64,000 nucleotides of DNA from NCBI RefSeq assembly GCF_009914755.1, contig NC_060929.1, one strand, 5' to 3'. The translations under genes were made by a program, and so were the position numbers. The notes under the pieces were generated by a model. It saw only the letters and a program-made list of their open reading frames with translations, was not told where the DNA came from and did not search any database. Every line of letters starts with the position of its first letter. The first letter of the stretch is position 1. Positions 10,885 to 27,197 of this stretch are shown piece by piece. The stretch comes from the human T2T-CHM13v2.0 reference genome, Homo sapiens.

Positions 10885-13685
10885 CTGACAAGATTGGTTC
10901 TTGGCTGGCATCTGGGAACTTACATTTCAGGAGGGTTTCTGCTGTTAACTGATAAGCACCATTCACCGAGCCAAAAGTATCTGTGAAAAGAATTGGTTTT
11001 TGTTGAACTCCTGCTTTCCTGCTGGGAATCTGAAATTGCATACATGCCAGACACAGAGGGGATATATATTAGTCCACTCTCATGCTGCTAATAAAGACAT
11101 ATCCCAGACCGGGTAATTTATAAAGGAAAGAGGTTTAATTGACTCACAGTTCGGCATGGCTGGGGAGGCCTCACAATCATGGTGGAAGGCAAAGAAAGAG
11201 CAAAGGAATGTCTTAAATGGTGGCAGGAAAGAGTGTACGCAAGGGATCTGCTCTTTATAAAACCATCAGATCTCATGAGACTTATTCACTGTCACAAGAA
11301 CAGCATGGGAGAACCTGCCCCCATGATTCAATTACTTCCCACTAAGTCCCTTCCATGACACATTGGGGAATGTGGGAGCTGAAATTCAAGATGAGATTTG
11401 GGTGGGGACACAGCCAAACCATATGATTCTGTTCCTGGCCCCTCCCAAATCTTATGCCCTCACATTTCGAAACCAATCATGCCTTCCCAGCAGTCCTCCA
11501 AAGTCTTAACTCATTTCAACATTAACTCAAAAGTCCGCAGTCCAAAGTCTCATCTAAGACAAGTCAAGTCCCTTCCAACTATGAGCCTGTAAAATCAAAA
11601 ACAAGTTATTTACTTCCTACATACAATGGGGATACAAGCATTGGGTAAATATGCCCATGCTAAATGGGAGAAATTGGCAAAAACAAAGGAGCTACAGGCC
11701 CCATGCAAGTGTGAAATCCAGCAGGGCAGTCAAATCTCAAAGCTCCAAAATGATCTCCTTTGACTCCATGTCTCACATCCAGGTCATTCTGATGCAAGAA
11801 GTGGGCTCCAAGGCCTTGGGGAGCTCCACTCCTGTGGCTTAATAGGGTATAGACCCCCTACTGGCTGCTTTCACAGGCTGGCATTGTTTGCAGCTTTTCC
11901 AGGTGCATGGTGCAAGCTGTTGGTGGATCTACCATTCTGGGGTTTGGAAGATGGAGGTCTCTTCTCACAGCTCCACTAGGCAGTGCTCCAGTGGGGACTC
12001 TGTGTAGGGGCTCTAACCCCACATTTCCCTTCCACACTGCTCTAGCAGAGATTCTCCATGAGGGCCCTGCCCCTGAAGCAAACTTCTGCCTGGACATCCA
12101 GACATTTCCATACATCCTCTGAAATCTAGGTTCCGAATCCTCAATTCTTGACTTCTGTGCACTCTCAAATTCAACACCACGTGGAAGCTGTTAAGGCTTG
12201 GGTCTGGAACTCTCTGAAGCCACAGCCTGAGCTGTACCTTGGCCCCTTTTAGCCACAGCTGGAGTGGCTAGGATGCAAAGTACCAAGTTCCCAGGTTGCA
12301 CACAGCAGGGGGGCCCTGGGCCTGGCCCAGGAAGCCATTTTTCCCTCCTAGTCCTCAGAGCCTGTGATGGGAGGGACTTCCATGAAGGTCTCTGACATGC
12401 TTTGGAGACATTTTCCCCATTTTCTTGGTGACTAACATTTGGCTCCTCATTATTTATGCAAATTTTTGCAGGTGGCTTGAATTTCTCCCCAGAAAATGGG
12501 GTTTTCTTTTCTATTGCATCATTAGGCTGCAAAATTTCCAAACCTTTATGCTCTGCTTCCTCTTCAAGCTTTGCCACTTAGAATTTTCCTCTGCTGCATA
12601 CCCTAAATTATCTCTCTCAGGTTCGAAGTTTCACAGATCTCTAGGGCAGGGGCAAAATGCCACCAGTCTCTTTGCCTAGCTATAGTGACCTTTTCTCCAG
12701 TTCCCAGGAAGTTCTTCATCTCCATTTGAGACCACCTCAGCCTGGACTTTATTGTCCATATCACTATCTGCATTTTGGTCAAAGCCATTCAATAAGTCTC
12801 TAGGAAGTTCAAAACTTTCCCACATCTTCCTGTCTTCTGAGCCCTCCAAGTCTCTAGGAAGTTCCAAACTTTCCCACATTTTCCTATCTTCTTCTGAGCC
12901 CTCCAAACTGTTCCAACCTCTGCCTGTTACCCAGTTCCAAAGTCACTTCCACAATTTTGGGTATCTTTACAGCAGCGTTCAACTCTCTGCAGTATCAATT
13001 TACTGTATTAGTCCATTCTCATGCTGCTAATAAAGACATACCCAAGACTGGGTAATTTATAAAGGAAAGAGATTTAATTGACTCAAAGTTTAGCATGGCT
13101 GGGGAGGCCTCACAATCATGGCAAAAGGCGAAGGAAGAGCAAAGGCATGGTGGCAGGCAAGAGAGTATGTGCAGTGAACTGCCCTTTATAAAACAAAACC
13201 ATCAGATCTCATGAAACTTATTCACTTTCATGAGAACAGCACAGGAAAACCAATTCCCATGATTCAATTACCTCCCACCAGGTCATTCCCACGACATGTG
13301 GAGATTATGAGAGCTACAATTCAAGATGAGATTAGGGTGGAGACATAGCCAAACTATATCAGAGTACCTGTGTGATCAGCCCCCAATAAAAATCCTGAGC
13401 AGCAAGGCTCTAATAAGCTTCAATAATTGATGTTTCAGATGTATTATCATAATTCATTGCTGAGGTAATTAAGTGCATCCTGTGTGACTCCACTGGGACT
13501 AGATTGTTGAAAGTTTGCACCTGGTTTCCCCATGACTTTGCCCTATGTGCCTTTTCTCTTTGCTAATTGTGGTTGGTATCCTTTTTCTGTAATAAATCAT
13601 AGCCATGAGTATGACTATATGCTGAATCTTGTGAGTTTTTCTAGTGAATCATCAAACCTGAGCGTGATCTTTGGGATTTCTCAAG
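10885..13685 (+). mobile_element. MER21-type LTR split by THE1 (pieces ~10885-11064 and 13362-13685)
   Basis: TTGGCTGGCATCTGGGAACT...CATGCCAGACACAGAGGG continues after THE1 as CCTGTGTGATCAGCCCCCAATAAAAATCCTG...AATAAATCATAGCCATGAGTATGACTATATGCTGA. Confidence 0.8.
11065..13361 (-). mobile_element. Two-LTR THE1 (B/C-type) MaLR element: LTRs 11065-11426 and 13004-13361, ~1.6 kb internal region
   Basis: Two homologous ~360-bp LTRs (T(A/G)TATTAGTCC...CAAAC(C/T)ATAT(G/C)A) flank THE1-int; degenerate 5-bp TSD GGATA/GAGTA. Confidence 0.95.
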
Positions 13686-13779
13686 ATAGAACAACTAGAG
13701 TGGAGAAAATAATAAATTTAGACTTGGACATATTAAGTACTCTTTATATTACTTGACCTTTTATTTATTTGTTGTTTTA

Positions 13780-14130
13780 CCATGTACTTCTTTAGTTCTC
13801 AATCTTTCAACAGCATTAGCATGGTTGACCACCCATCCTTCTGGAAACATGACTAAGCCTTTTTATAACAGAGCTATCACCTGGTTTACTTCTTACCTCT
13901 CTTCCTCTGACTCCCTTGCAAGTGCATGACTTTAGATTCTTGGGCTGTCTTCTATTCTCACTCTGTTCTCTCTATATTGGTACTTTCATCCACATTCACA
14001 GCTTCCAACACCTCCTACGTACAAAGGATTCACACATTTACAGCTTTGGCCTTGGTCTCCCTTTTAGGCTCCATAACTGCATCTCAACAGCCTATTTATC
14101 TTCCAGATAGGCCAGAGTAACCTCAGATTC
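13780..14130 (+). mobile_element. L2 fragment
   Basis: CAACAGCATT..ATGGTTGACCACCC..CCTTCTGGAAAC; TTCATCCACATTCACAGCTTC. Confidence 0.6.
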
Positions 14131-14304
14131 TTGGTCATGCCGGCATTCTTATAAAATATCAAAACAAGTGCTTTGTTTCAGAGCACCTTCTCTTTCCTCA
14201 CACTTTTCTTCTACCCTCCCATGAAAAGGTATACATCCTTTGTCTCTGTAGTCTTAGCTGTCACATGGTATGTCTCCTCCCTGTCTATATCCTTTGATTT
14301 AATA

Positions 14305-14620
14305 GGTTCATCCAATAAGACTTTATTGAACATCTACTATGTACACTAGGCTAGACACTGGGGATACAAAGATGGTTAAAACATGGACCCACTCTTCAAA
14401 GACTTATAGGCAAATAAATAATGGCAAACATAGAAATAAAGTACCATAAAGTATTATAAATGTGATTGCAGAGCAGTATCAGGACATAATACGAGCCCCC
14501 AAAAGGGTAAGTAGTCCAATCCCCCAGAAAATGGAGGAGGAGATGCTGGAACTGCATTTTGAAAGCCAAGTAGGTGTTCTCCATATGGATAGGATGAATG
14601 AGAGGATCAAATGCACACTG
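14305..14620 (-). mobile_element. L2 3' fragment
   Basis: TTTATTGAACATCTACTATGT...GACACTGGGATACAAAGATG. Confidence 0.7.
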
Positions 14621-16749
14621 CAGGGAGGGACACATCATAGTCACTATGATGATGGAAATCCACAAGAGAAAATGTCATGAAAGCAAACTAAACTAACTTA
14701 AAATGCAAGGTAGTAATTTTCTCAAAATAGCATTTATTTGAAAACATAAGTACCAGAAGAATATAAGAGATTTAAAAAAAGAACTAGCATTTTCTACAGT
14801 TTTGTTACATAATGCAGGGTTTGAATCACCTAGGCTCTGGATCAGCCTGTCTCTGTTAGATCTCATGAGACCAGCTGGTGTTGCCCTTCCTGTCAATAAC
14901 AGCAAAAGACAAGAACCAAGGTCAGTCTCCAGGGCACAATCAGGAGAATGTGAGCAAAAGGGATTATCAGAGGAAATCTTAAAAAGGAGAGAATTGGATT
15001 AAGAAAGCCAATGAAAGATCCAAGTTGAAAGGGCAGGATCACCTCCCCAGACAATTCTAGATGATTACAGGCAAGATAGACTACCAGTTTGACTATGTCC
15101 TTTCCAAGCTTGGCGAGAAAACAGTTGTCATTTCAGAGGCTGGCTGCATTCATATAAGCATCATATTTTCCTGTAGCCAATGCCGTAATTACTATTCACA
15201 GGAAGATTTGGATGATGAATGACTTCCTGGTACCACCCAAATCATGCCACAGTGTCCACTCTGTCTGATCCAATTGTCATCCCTGGACACAGACGTAAAG
15301 CCCTCAGCCCTGGCTCGCCAGAGCAATCACAGAGTTTCTCCTTGTCCTCCCCAACTGCACACACTCGGATGGGGGAAGCCTGTTCACCAAGAGCAACAGT
15401 ATCTACAGGAGGAATTTTACCCCAGATTTTTCTCTCTTCATGCGTAAAAAGGTGCCATCTGAAATTATCTCATCTGTCCAAAATGGTGCCCAGACAAGGG
15501 GAGAACAGTCCATTGATAGCTGTCATTCAGTTCAATAACTGTCAAGCCTTTTTTTATGAATAAGGGGCTGCACTAGTTGCCACTGAGCATTTTAATATAT
15601 ACAAGAAATGCCCTGTCCAAATCAGAATACACCCTGGGAAATGGACAATTCAACCCAAGTGTCATAATTTACCTATTGCTAGCAAACACAATGATCAAAG
15701 GGTACAACTCTGATATGGACATATGCCCAGGGCAGAAAAAGAAAATCAACAGAAACAAATTGATTGCAAATAATCTTGATTCATTGCTAATTTCAAAAGT
15801 GTAGATTTTATTACATAATAAAGTTATATATGGGCATAAATATTCTATTATATAGTTTTATCTCTAGATCAAAAAAGTAACTTTATTTATGTATACATAT
15901 TTTTGCTCCCAGGCTTATAAACTTTTGCTTTTATGGTATGGTGGTCTTAAAAATTAAAGCAAAATATTATCTGCAATGTTTCCCAAAAGTTTCCGTGTGA
16001 TTCAGAGAGCTCAACAATGATGCAACAGCAGGCATATAGACATAGCAATGCAATTCACACCCAGCTATTTAACTTTTTATTTTCTAGACTGTTATGATTG
16101 GCTGGATTGGAGGATGAATTCTCCAGAGCAGTTCACACCAACAAAGAGAGAATCATATCTGTAGCCACAGCTTCTAATTTTTATAATTATTTTCCCCTTT
16201 TAAAAAAACCCCTTTGCTTAAGCCAGTGCAAAAAAGGTAATTCAAAAATCAAACTATTTATTATAATCACTGTCCACCCATCACTCTGGGTAGCCAGAAT
16301 GAGTGCGCTGGAAATAGATATTTAATTAGATATTTCCAAACAGCCCTCACACCTTTTACTTTCCACTGCCCTTACAATAACTCTGGGATTTTTAAAATCT
16401 AAAATTGGAATATGATACATGAATGTAAGTAAATATAGATATGCCCAGAAATTAAATTGCACCTGTGAATTTATCCTACCCTTGGGCTACTAACCAAAGA
16501 TTCTTTAGGTAGATTAATAGTTTAACTCTAGCACATGAAGAAATGATATTTTAATTAAGTTTGGGGAAATAATATATGCAGGCAAAAGATAATAACCATA
16601 CTCTGTCAGGTATAACTACATTGACTTGAAGAAACAGTGCATGTAATCCTAAAATTCGCCAGTGCCCTGTAATCATTAATTTTTCCATTAATTACATTAA
16701 TCATTAATCTGTCAGACATGCTCTGGCCTAATAATAATTGCAATCATTT

Positions 16750-16985
16750 TTTTGAGGATTTAGGGTGCATTAGAAATGGTTCTGAGAACTTCACAGGCAG
16801 ACATCACCACTCAGGTAATCTTCACAACAACCTGGTGAGGGAGAGCTATTTTGATTTTCCTTTTACATATGAGGAAACAAAGAATTAAAGAGGCTAAATA
16901 ACATGTCCTGAGTTTAAACCTAACCAGTGGAGGTCCTGGTGTCTGCATGGGTGCTTGCTGCTGAGACCCAGGCCCCCACGCTGCA
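16750..16985 (-). mobile_element. MIR
   Basis: TAATCTTCACAACAACCTGGTGAGG...TTTTACATATGAGGAAAC core. Confidence 0.7.
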
Positions 16986-17376
16986 CTAGGCTGGCGCTGT
17001 CCACTGACGTCCTCCCCTGGCTTCTCTCGGTAGGATATTCTCCCTCTCTACGACGGGCCCTGGGGACCCCAGACTGACAGTGCTAAAAGGCTCCCTGTAG
17101 AGTTCATGGAACCCCAAGCATCTGGTCTGATTTCTCCTGGCCCCACACAGGGGTGCCCCATATGAGGAGAGCAGAAGAAACCACTGGAAGACCAGGCCTT
17201 TTTTTTTTTTTTTTTAACCTCTTCTCGTATTGCACAGAATATTTCAAATATTTGAAATGTCACCAAAATTCCCATATCAACCTAATTCACAACAGCAACT
17301 GTGATAAAACCAAAGTATCTTACATCCTGAGTGGGAGATTAGGAATAGAAGGAGGAGAAATAAAAAAGGGAGGGGA

Positions 17377-17678
17377 CGCTGGGCTCGGTGGCTCACACCT
17401 GTAATCCTAGCACTTTGGGAGGCCGAGGCAGGTGGATTGTCTGAGCTTAGGAATTCAAGACCAGCCTGGGCAACATGGTGAAACCCCGTCTCTACTAAAA
17501 TACAAAAGAAATTAGCCGGTAGTGGTGGCCTGCACTTGTAGTCCCGGCTACTCAGGAAGCTGAGGCAGGAGAATTGCTTGAACCCTGGAGGCGGAGGTTG
17601 CAGTGAGCGGAGATTGAGCCATTGCATTCCAGCCTGGGCAACAGAGTGAGACTCTGTCTCGGGGAAAAAAAAAAAAAA
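17377..17678 (+). mobile_element. AluS (GGATTG.CTGAGCT.AGG variant)
   Basis: Full dimer and poly-A; same variant motif as the Alu at 29827-30124. Confidence 0.9.
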
Positions 17679-17843
17679 GGAGGGGAGGGAAGAGGACGGG
17701 GAAAAAAAGAAAAGAAAAGGGGAGGGTAGGGGAGGGGGAGACAGAAAGAAAAGAGAGAGAGAGAGAGAGGAAGAAAAAGAGAGAGAGGAAGGAAGAAAGG
17801 AAGGAAGGGAGGGAGGGAGGAAGAGAAAGAAAGAAAGACAAAG
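17679..17843. repeat. GA-rich low-complexity tract
   Basis: Nearly pure purine: (GA)n, (GGAA)n, (GGGA)n blocks. Confidence 0.95.
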
Positions 17844-20800
17844 TACTACATGGAGTGAGTTGGAGTTTATTTTAGGACATCAAATATATCTTTACAAATT
17901 GAAAAAATTATTGCAAAAGCAAAATATACAACATAAAATTTTATAATGCATTTTCTCTACATGCAATATTTTAAACTATATCCTTTATTTTTCCTGGCTT
18001 GGTGGCAGAAATTTGCCAACAACTTTTCTTTGGAAGAACTGCTCTCGCTTGAGATTATTTCTGTGCTACTTTGGTTTTCAAAACTCCTTTATTTTATAAA
18101 ATTATAGAAATAGTAGGTGGTGCTAGTTTTATTGTTTGCTTTCAATGTCCTATATGGCAAAGGAAGATGTTAGCAATCAGGAAAAACTGTTGGTATGGTT
18201 GTCTTTTGAAAAATGTGTAGATCCTAAAAGTCTAGAAATTCCTGCATTATTCTTCAGGGATTCCTTAGCATCTTCCCCCTCCAGCCAAGACTCAGGGATC
18301 CTATTTCATTTTCTGGGTAAGAGTGGAATCCCAAAGTTTTACTAAGAGCTCACTCTGCTATCTCCTTCAGGTGGCAAGACATTGCTGCCACAGGGCTTTT
18401 ATATTTAATTATTTTTATTCCTGATCCATAGTTTTAGTATGACTCATGTTAGGTGTGAATCCCCGCGCTACAGGTCTTTCTTGATACAGAGGTGAAAGTC
18501 CCAGACTTGGAGCCCCAAGTCCTGGGTAGAGATGCCACCTCCACTCTGTCTGAGCAATAACTCCATCTCTTTCAACCCATCTTTTTCCTTTTCTCAGTCA
18601 AGAAGAAAGATCTTTGTAGGCCACATGGTGACCTCCCCTTTGCCTCAATCCCATCAACTTCTGGTCTTTAAGCCAAACCAATTGATTTTAAACTTCCCCC
18701 AAAAGTAATGCAGATGGACATCATCCCTCAGACCTGGGTTTATGGGCATTCTTATAATAAGGGTCCTTCTGAAACCTCTTCTTGTGTGCTTAGGGAGCCC
18801 CCATAAAAGAGATATGGCTCTTCTCTGATTCTGTGAAGTCTCAACAGGGATTGAAATTAAATAAAATCTACTGTGTGCAACAGGGTACTGACAGACTTCA
18901 TGGAAGAGAGAGGAATTCTCAAAATTAGGAGGCAGCTAGGCATCATTTCCCTCCTCCATTTGATTGCAAACTCAAATGACTTTGGGAACCAGGCAGGGAA
19001 AATCAATGAGGGAGCGGGCAGGAGCCAACAGGGGAGTGGTCGGGAATGTGGTGGGGAACTGGAAAGGGTATGTCCTACCTACAGACATTCATATTCAAAT
19101 ATTTTTACAACTCAGCACCAGCCAAGTCAAATAAGGCTGCCAGCTGAATTCAGCTCCTGTGCTTCCATCTTGCAACTTCAGGTTTAGACTAGAAAAAGAA
19201 AGAGTCTTGGAGTCTTGTCTGGGGAGACAGACATTTATGAGCTTGGTCCAACCTGTGCCATATGAAAGGAACAGCATGCAGACACTCACAGCAGTGAAAC
19301 AGCCATGCGGATCTGTGTTCCCACAGGTTCATCACACAGTACGAAATCCCACAGCCTCCCCGACAAACCTGTTTTGGGTTTGGTCAGGGAGAAGGGAGAT
19401 CTGGTGCACTACTGGCCAGCATTGACCATTCTGCTGAAATCCCCATGGAGTTACCACACCTCAATGGCTCAGATGTGTGGCTGCGCTCGAATGGGAGGAG
19501 GGATGTGTGGGAAAGTGGGTTATGAGGATTCCCCAAAAGTGAGCAGCATCTCCCTCCGAGTAGGTTAGAAGCAGGAGGTTACAGTGATTGGCATAAACTG
19601 GACAAATACAGTGAGTCCTGTGGGGAGACACCTTGGTGAGTCCCGGAAAAAGTGCTCATGAACTTCTTTGGAAAGGGTTTAATCTCTTAGGTGCTTTCTC
19701 AATGACCTCTGGAGACTGTCCTATTTAATACCTAAGATCAACCTCTTCATTTCTGCATTGTAACTCCCACTTTGCCCCATGTCTTCAGAGAAGACATCTA
19801 CATACCCAACTATGGTAGAGACTGGAAACTTAGGCCAGGCCTTGCCCCACCTCCAGAGTGGTGTCCTCTCCTAGCATCTGCAGCCCAGGAGGGACAGGAG
19901 AAGTCTGGTAGCCCCTGAAGAGCAGAAACAGCTCCAGAAGGATGAGGGCCTGGAACTCATGAGCCCAGCTACATGTTTCAGGAAGCTGACCCCTGACAAC
20001 AAATGGAGGAGGAAAGGACGACAAACCAAAAAAAAAAAAAAAAGTTTGAAAGGTTTAAATATGTAGCAATGTCCCAAAAGGGCAACCAACACGGTGGCTG
20101 CATTCAGAGGACACGTGAGGCATGGCTTAGAGTAGAACCCAAAGACGATTCCTGAGCTTGCTTCTTTATAGTGTCATTAAAATAGGAATTCCAGGTCTTT
20201 CTGCCTCCTTTCCCCCTAGTTATGACTGTTGAAGGCCACAATTGTTCTCTTGCGAATTTGGCTAGAAAACTCATCCTTCACAGAAGCCACATGAAACATT
20301 TTGTCTAATCCTAAAGCAAAATCTGTCATACCCGAGAAGCACAGTCTTTCTCCCATTCTGTTTGTAATGAACATTGCCTTTGCTGGTGGGGTTTTTAAAA
20401 AATATTATTATTAAATAAAACCTTGCCAAATGTATTTTGCAGAAGTATCTTTTATGGAAAACAGATGGAAAGAGCTAACCTAAAAATGCAAATCGTAACA
20501 TTATAATGACTTCTTAATTTTAAAAATTATGAATACGACTTCCCAGGAGGGACTAAAAGAGACAGTGACAACAGCTGCAGAAGAAACATCAGGAGTGGGA
20601 GGGGACTGCAAGGCCAAAAAGGTTGTCTAGTTGCAGAGATTACAAAGAATATTCCTTGTCTTTAAATGCAGTGTGCTGAGCACTCACGTGTTCGATTCCA
20701 AAGTGTTTATTCAGGTAAACGAAAGGAATGAAGAAACCACCAATACTCAAGATGCAGGTTGCTCCCCAAAGTGTCTACACATGCCACAAGGAATATAAAG

Positions 20801-22599
20801 TTCTAGAAAAACACACTTAATGTGTTTCCTCCCCACTTTCTTCATGGATCATCAGACAGGAATATGAAACCACAGTTTGCAAATGCTTCTGATTCGTGTA
20901 TGATTACTCAGGTGTTAAACTCCTCCTGAAATGGGCATTTAACACAGAGGTTCCTTATATTTTCACAACTGGCCTCTCTTGAAACCCACTCTTCAAGAAG
21001 ATTGAATGTTTATGCATTTTCTTATTTTTTAGAAAGTGGATGGGTTTTCTCCCCAAACCATGTTTTCCACTCTTGAATAACCCACCGTCTTCTTCCTTCC
21101 ATCTTTCTCCTTCTTCCTTTCCAGAAAAAGAAGAGATTTTAGAAAACTCTTTCTATATGGAAAGGAAGGAGAAATATTTTCAAGATTTTCTAGCAGCAAA
21201 TTTTAATATTGCCCCTGTGAATGAAATTCAATACACATACAAATTATGCCTCTTTCTCCCCTTCAATTCTTTATACTTTTTGAATAGCAAGTCACCAAAG
21301 GTACTCAAATACACACATGCAGTCTCCCAATTAATACATTTAGAAGTAAATCCAAGAAGCAATCTGTCATCAATTGTAGTAACATACTGTCTCCAATATG
21401 CTGCTCTGGGCTTCCTGGCCCATGCCATATCAGAGTATTAAGTGCTGTCTCTGGGTAAATGGTTGACTCACACGTGTTCTGAGCGGCTCTCATCTCAACA
21501 GAGCCGAGAGAAATTAAACAGCTGGAAGCATTTTCAAATTTCTGTCTGCGAACTGCTTAATGTATCAGAACTCAACATGGATTTCCCACTGAGACAGAAG
21601 TGTAAAAGTTGTTCTTTCTTCTTCCTCTTCTTTTTTTTGAAGGCATCTCCTTTCCTTTCACAAACAGAATATCAAGCTTTTCAAGTTCTCACCATAGGTT
21701 AGAGAAAAGAAAAGGAGTCTTAAAATCAGTGATCACCTCCTACTGGAGAAATTGATCAAAATCTCACTGGGGAAGAAAGTAGTGGAGGAAGACAGAAATG
21801 GGGTTGTAGCTACTATTTCTCTCTCCTAGAATTAAACATAATCCACTAGGACTGGCTCCACTGAAAGCATTTTGACTGCTATGTGTGGAGACCATGAGTC
21901 ATTTGGGGGCTCTCAATGAATTCATGGGTTCAGAAAACAAACACAGTCACCTCAACATAATATAATACTATTCAGCAGAGAATAAAATGCAATATAAAAT
22001 GGTTCATCTTGAACACCATCCAGGGTGTTTTGTTGTTGAAGTACCAAGAAGTCCCTCAATATTTCTCTGCCTTAGTGGAGTACCGTATTTCCTTTTAGAT
22101 TCTCCTCCCCACACTTAGCACCCCCGCCCAGGACTGTGTCATAGAGTATAGTTCCAGGAGGATTCATCCTGATCATCTGATTGCTTTCCCTCACTAGAGC
22201 CTTGGGCTAGTTACCAGATTCAGCATTCACGAGCATTCAAACAGAATTGGACATCCAGCAAATAGAATCTGACAGCATTTGGAAGTGAACCACGAACGCT
22301 TGTATCTAAGCAGCAGCTGTCTGATTACTTAGATGATATGATTCTTCTAAAAGTTCTCTGTCTTTAGTTTGGGGTTGTTTTTACTTAGGTCATATGGTCA
22401 CTTCATTTTTCTTGGTTTGCAGCTATAACAATTACAGTGAGCTCCAAACGTAGTAATCATGTATGGGGAGAGACAAGGAGGTCAGCTGGGCTTCCTCCAA
22501 ATGCAGTTTGAGAGAAGCTTTCAGAATCTAGAGGCATCCATCAACATCTTTCATACACAAGAATAAAATTGTACAAAACTGTGTGGATGTTGTAGGAAC

Positions 22600-23500
22600 T
22601 GTGTCAACTAAGCTGAGCTAAAAGCACATTTCCCAGAATTCCCTTCCCTGTGTGGTCCTGAGTGAGTGCTGGCCACAAGGGATGTTTTGTATGAGGTTTG
22701 GAGTGCAGACATAAAGAAGCAACTCTATCTCCTTCCACCCTGAAGGCCAGTGAGTGCAGGGTGCCAGGCACTACAGAGTTCACGCCTACCATCACTAACT
22801 TCCAGCCTCCCAGAAGGTGTAATGGAGTGCTCAAACCTGCAGCTCCTTCAGTTTCCACAGCAGGGCTGGGACTATGGTGAGGCAGGTGAGGAACTTGCCT
22901 TGGGGCATGACAATTAAAGAGGCACTTAGTAGTCAAGGCAAATATTTTAATGCAATGTTCTTTAAAAATCAAAGTTAATGCAGAAATACACATGGTGAAC
23001 AAACTGTCAACATATTTAATACACAGGAACAGTTACAGTTCTGGGATGAACCATATTGGAGCTAGAAGCAAGAGGAAAAATTAATAACACTAATCTCACA
23101 GGTCTGTGATCTCCTTCTTCAGTTTCTCTGATCCCTGGGTGTCAGGAACACATGCATTTCCATGATCAAGGGCACCTGCCTCTCCTGCAGGTTGCCCACA
23201 TGGAGGTGGTGAGGGACATCTGCAAGCTCCAGTTTGCCCTCTTGGGATCCAGTTCTTCTCGTGGATCCCAGTTTGTCCATACTTCTCCGGACATCTAGCT
23301 GTCCTTTCCAACTATCATTCTGGTAGACCTATAGCAACCTCATGCTCAGCCCTCGACGCAAGACAACAATCAGCATAGGCAGCTCCAGCAGCACCCACAT
23401 TTGCAAGGCCTAATTTTAATTTTTATAATAACCCCCATACTTTATACACTTGTTGTGGTTCTACTTCTCTGACCCATAAAGATGCCTGACCCATAGAGAT
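22600..23500 (+). mobile_element. Old ERVL-type LTR (family uncertain), interrupted by MER96B
   Basis: CACATTTCCCAGAATTCCCTTCCCTGTGTGGTCCTG start and GTGGTTCTACTTCTCTGA end resemble ERVL LTRs. Confidence 0.5.
22861..23060 (+). mobile_element. MER96B-like hAT DNA transposon fragment
   Basis: CAGGGCTGGGACTATGGTGAGGCAGGTGAGG...ATATTTTAATGCAATG...AAAAATCAAAGTTAATGCA. Confidence 0.65.
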
Positions 23501-24277
23501 GTGATGATTATATGCAAACTAGAATATACCAATGAGGCATCAAACACAAATTTTGTGAGAGGTACGATCAAATTGTATGGTGAAATGTCTACAGCTTTCC
23601 CCCAGCCTGTTTGAACCATCATTTTACCATTGTCAAGATGTTGCCTTGTGTTCCTTTGCTAAATGACTAGAGGCTGGGTTGGCAGTGGGGTCAATTGTTT
23701 ATAATTGATAAGAGAACAGATAACCAGGCTATCCTTATGTTTCTGTGAGGACAGAGATGTTCCCCTGCAGGGTTTGCTTGATTTTCCTTTATCAGCAATA
23801 AAGACAAGGTTACAAGCCCCTGAAGAAGCCATAGAGTATGCTTAACATACTCGAGTTCTACAAACCCAAACCCCATTGAAGGAATTTTAAACACTATTGT
23901 GTTTAAAAGCACCAGTTGCTAAGTTCAGTCATACATAAACTATACGTAAAGAGGAAAAATATTTACCTCTTTAAGGACCCTGGTAAAAGTCCTAGGTTAT
24001 AGATTAGTCTCTGAGTAATCTTCTATTGTTATGCTGAGCTCTGGAGCTGGCTAAACTGGAGAGTGAGGCTCTCACACAGTCTCTGGGGAAGACACCTGCT
24101 TCCTAAGGAATTTTGGCTCAGTTTGGATGAACTATGGTACATCAGAAGGAGAAAGAATTTGTTCCTGAGGCTTCCTAGGAGAATAGCTGGGCCATAGAGA
24201 TGAAAACCTAAGTACAGTTAAACCTAAGATTAACAACTGCACTGTTCAAGGAACCATTCTCTGTCGTAGATCTAGAC

Positions 24278-24486
24278 CATGGTTTCTCAATATCAACACT
24301 ATTGACACTGTTGTGAAATAATTCTTAGTTATAGAGGGGCTGTCCTTCACATTTCTGAATGCTCAGCAGCATCCCTATCCTCTATCATGTAGATGACAAG
24401 AGCACCACCAGTTGTGACAACCAAAAATGTCTCCAGGCATTTCCAAATGACTCCTGGACAGCAAAAGTGTCCCCAGTGAGAATAGC
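24278..24486 (-). mobile_element. MER20 (hAT-Charlie)
   Basis: CCAGTTGTGACAACCAAAAATGTCTCCAGGCATT; possible 8-bp TSD ATCTAGAC/ATGTAGAC. Confidence 0.9.
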
Positions 24487-24680
24487 CATGTAGACAACAA
24501 CAGACGCTGGGATACTAATTACTAAAGGCAAAAGCAGGGACAAATCAATGTCAGATATTGGGAGATCAGAGTTAGATAAGAATGAATCTTGGTAGACAAA
24601 GTAAGGCAGAATTGTAGACAAGAAGAAGCCCAAAACCAAGTCAATAACCAGAGATGCCATATACCAGATAAAAGTCATGT

Positions 24681-27197
<2,517 letters not shown>

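Noticed and set aside
12793-12907. ~55-bp tandem duplication in THE1 internal region
   Set aside because: Real, but I recall it as a common feature of THE1 internal sequences, so probably not locus-specific; checkable against Dfam
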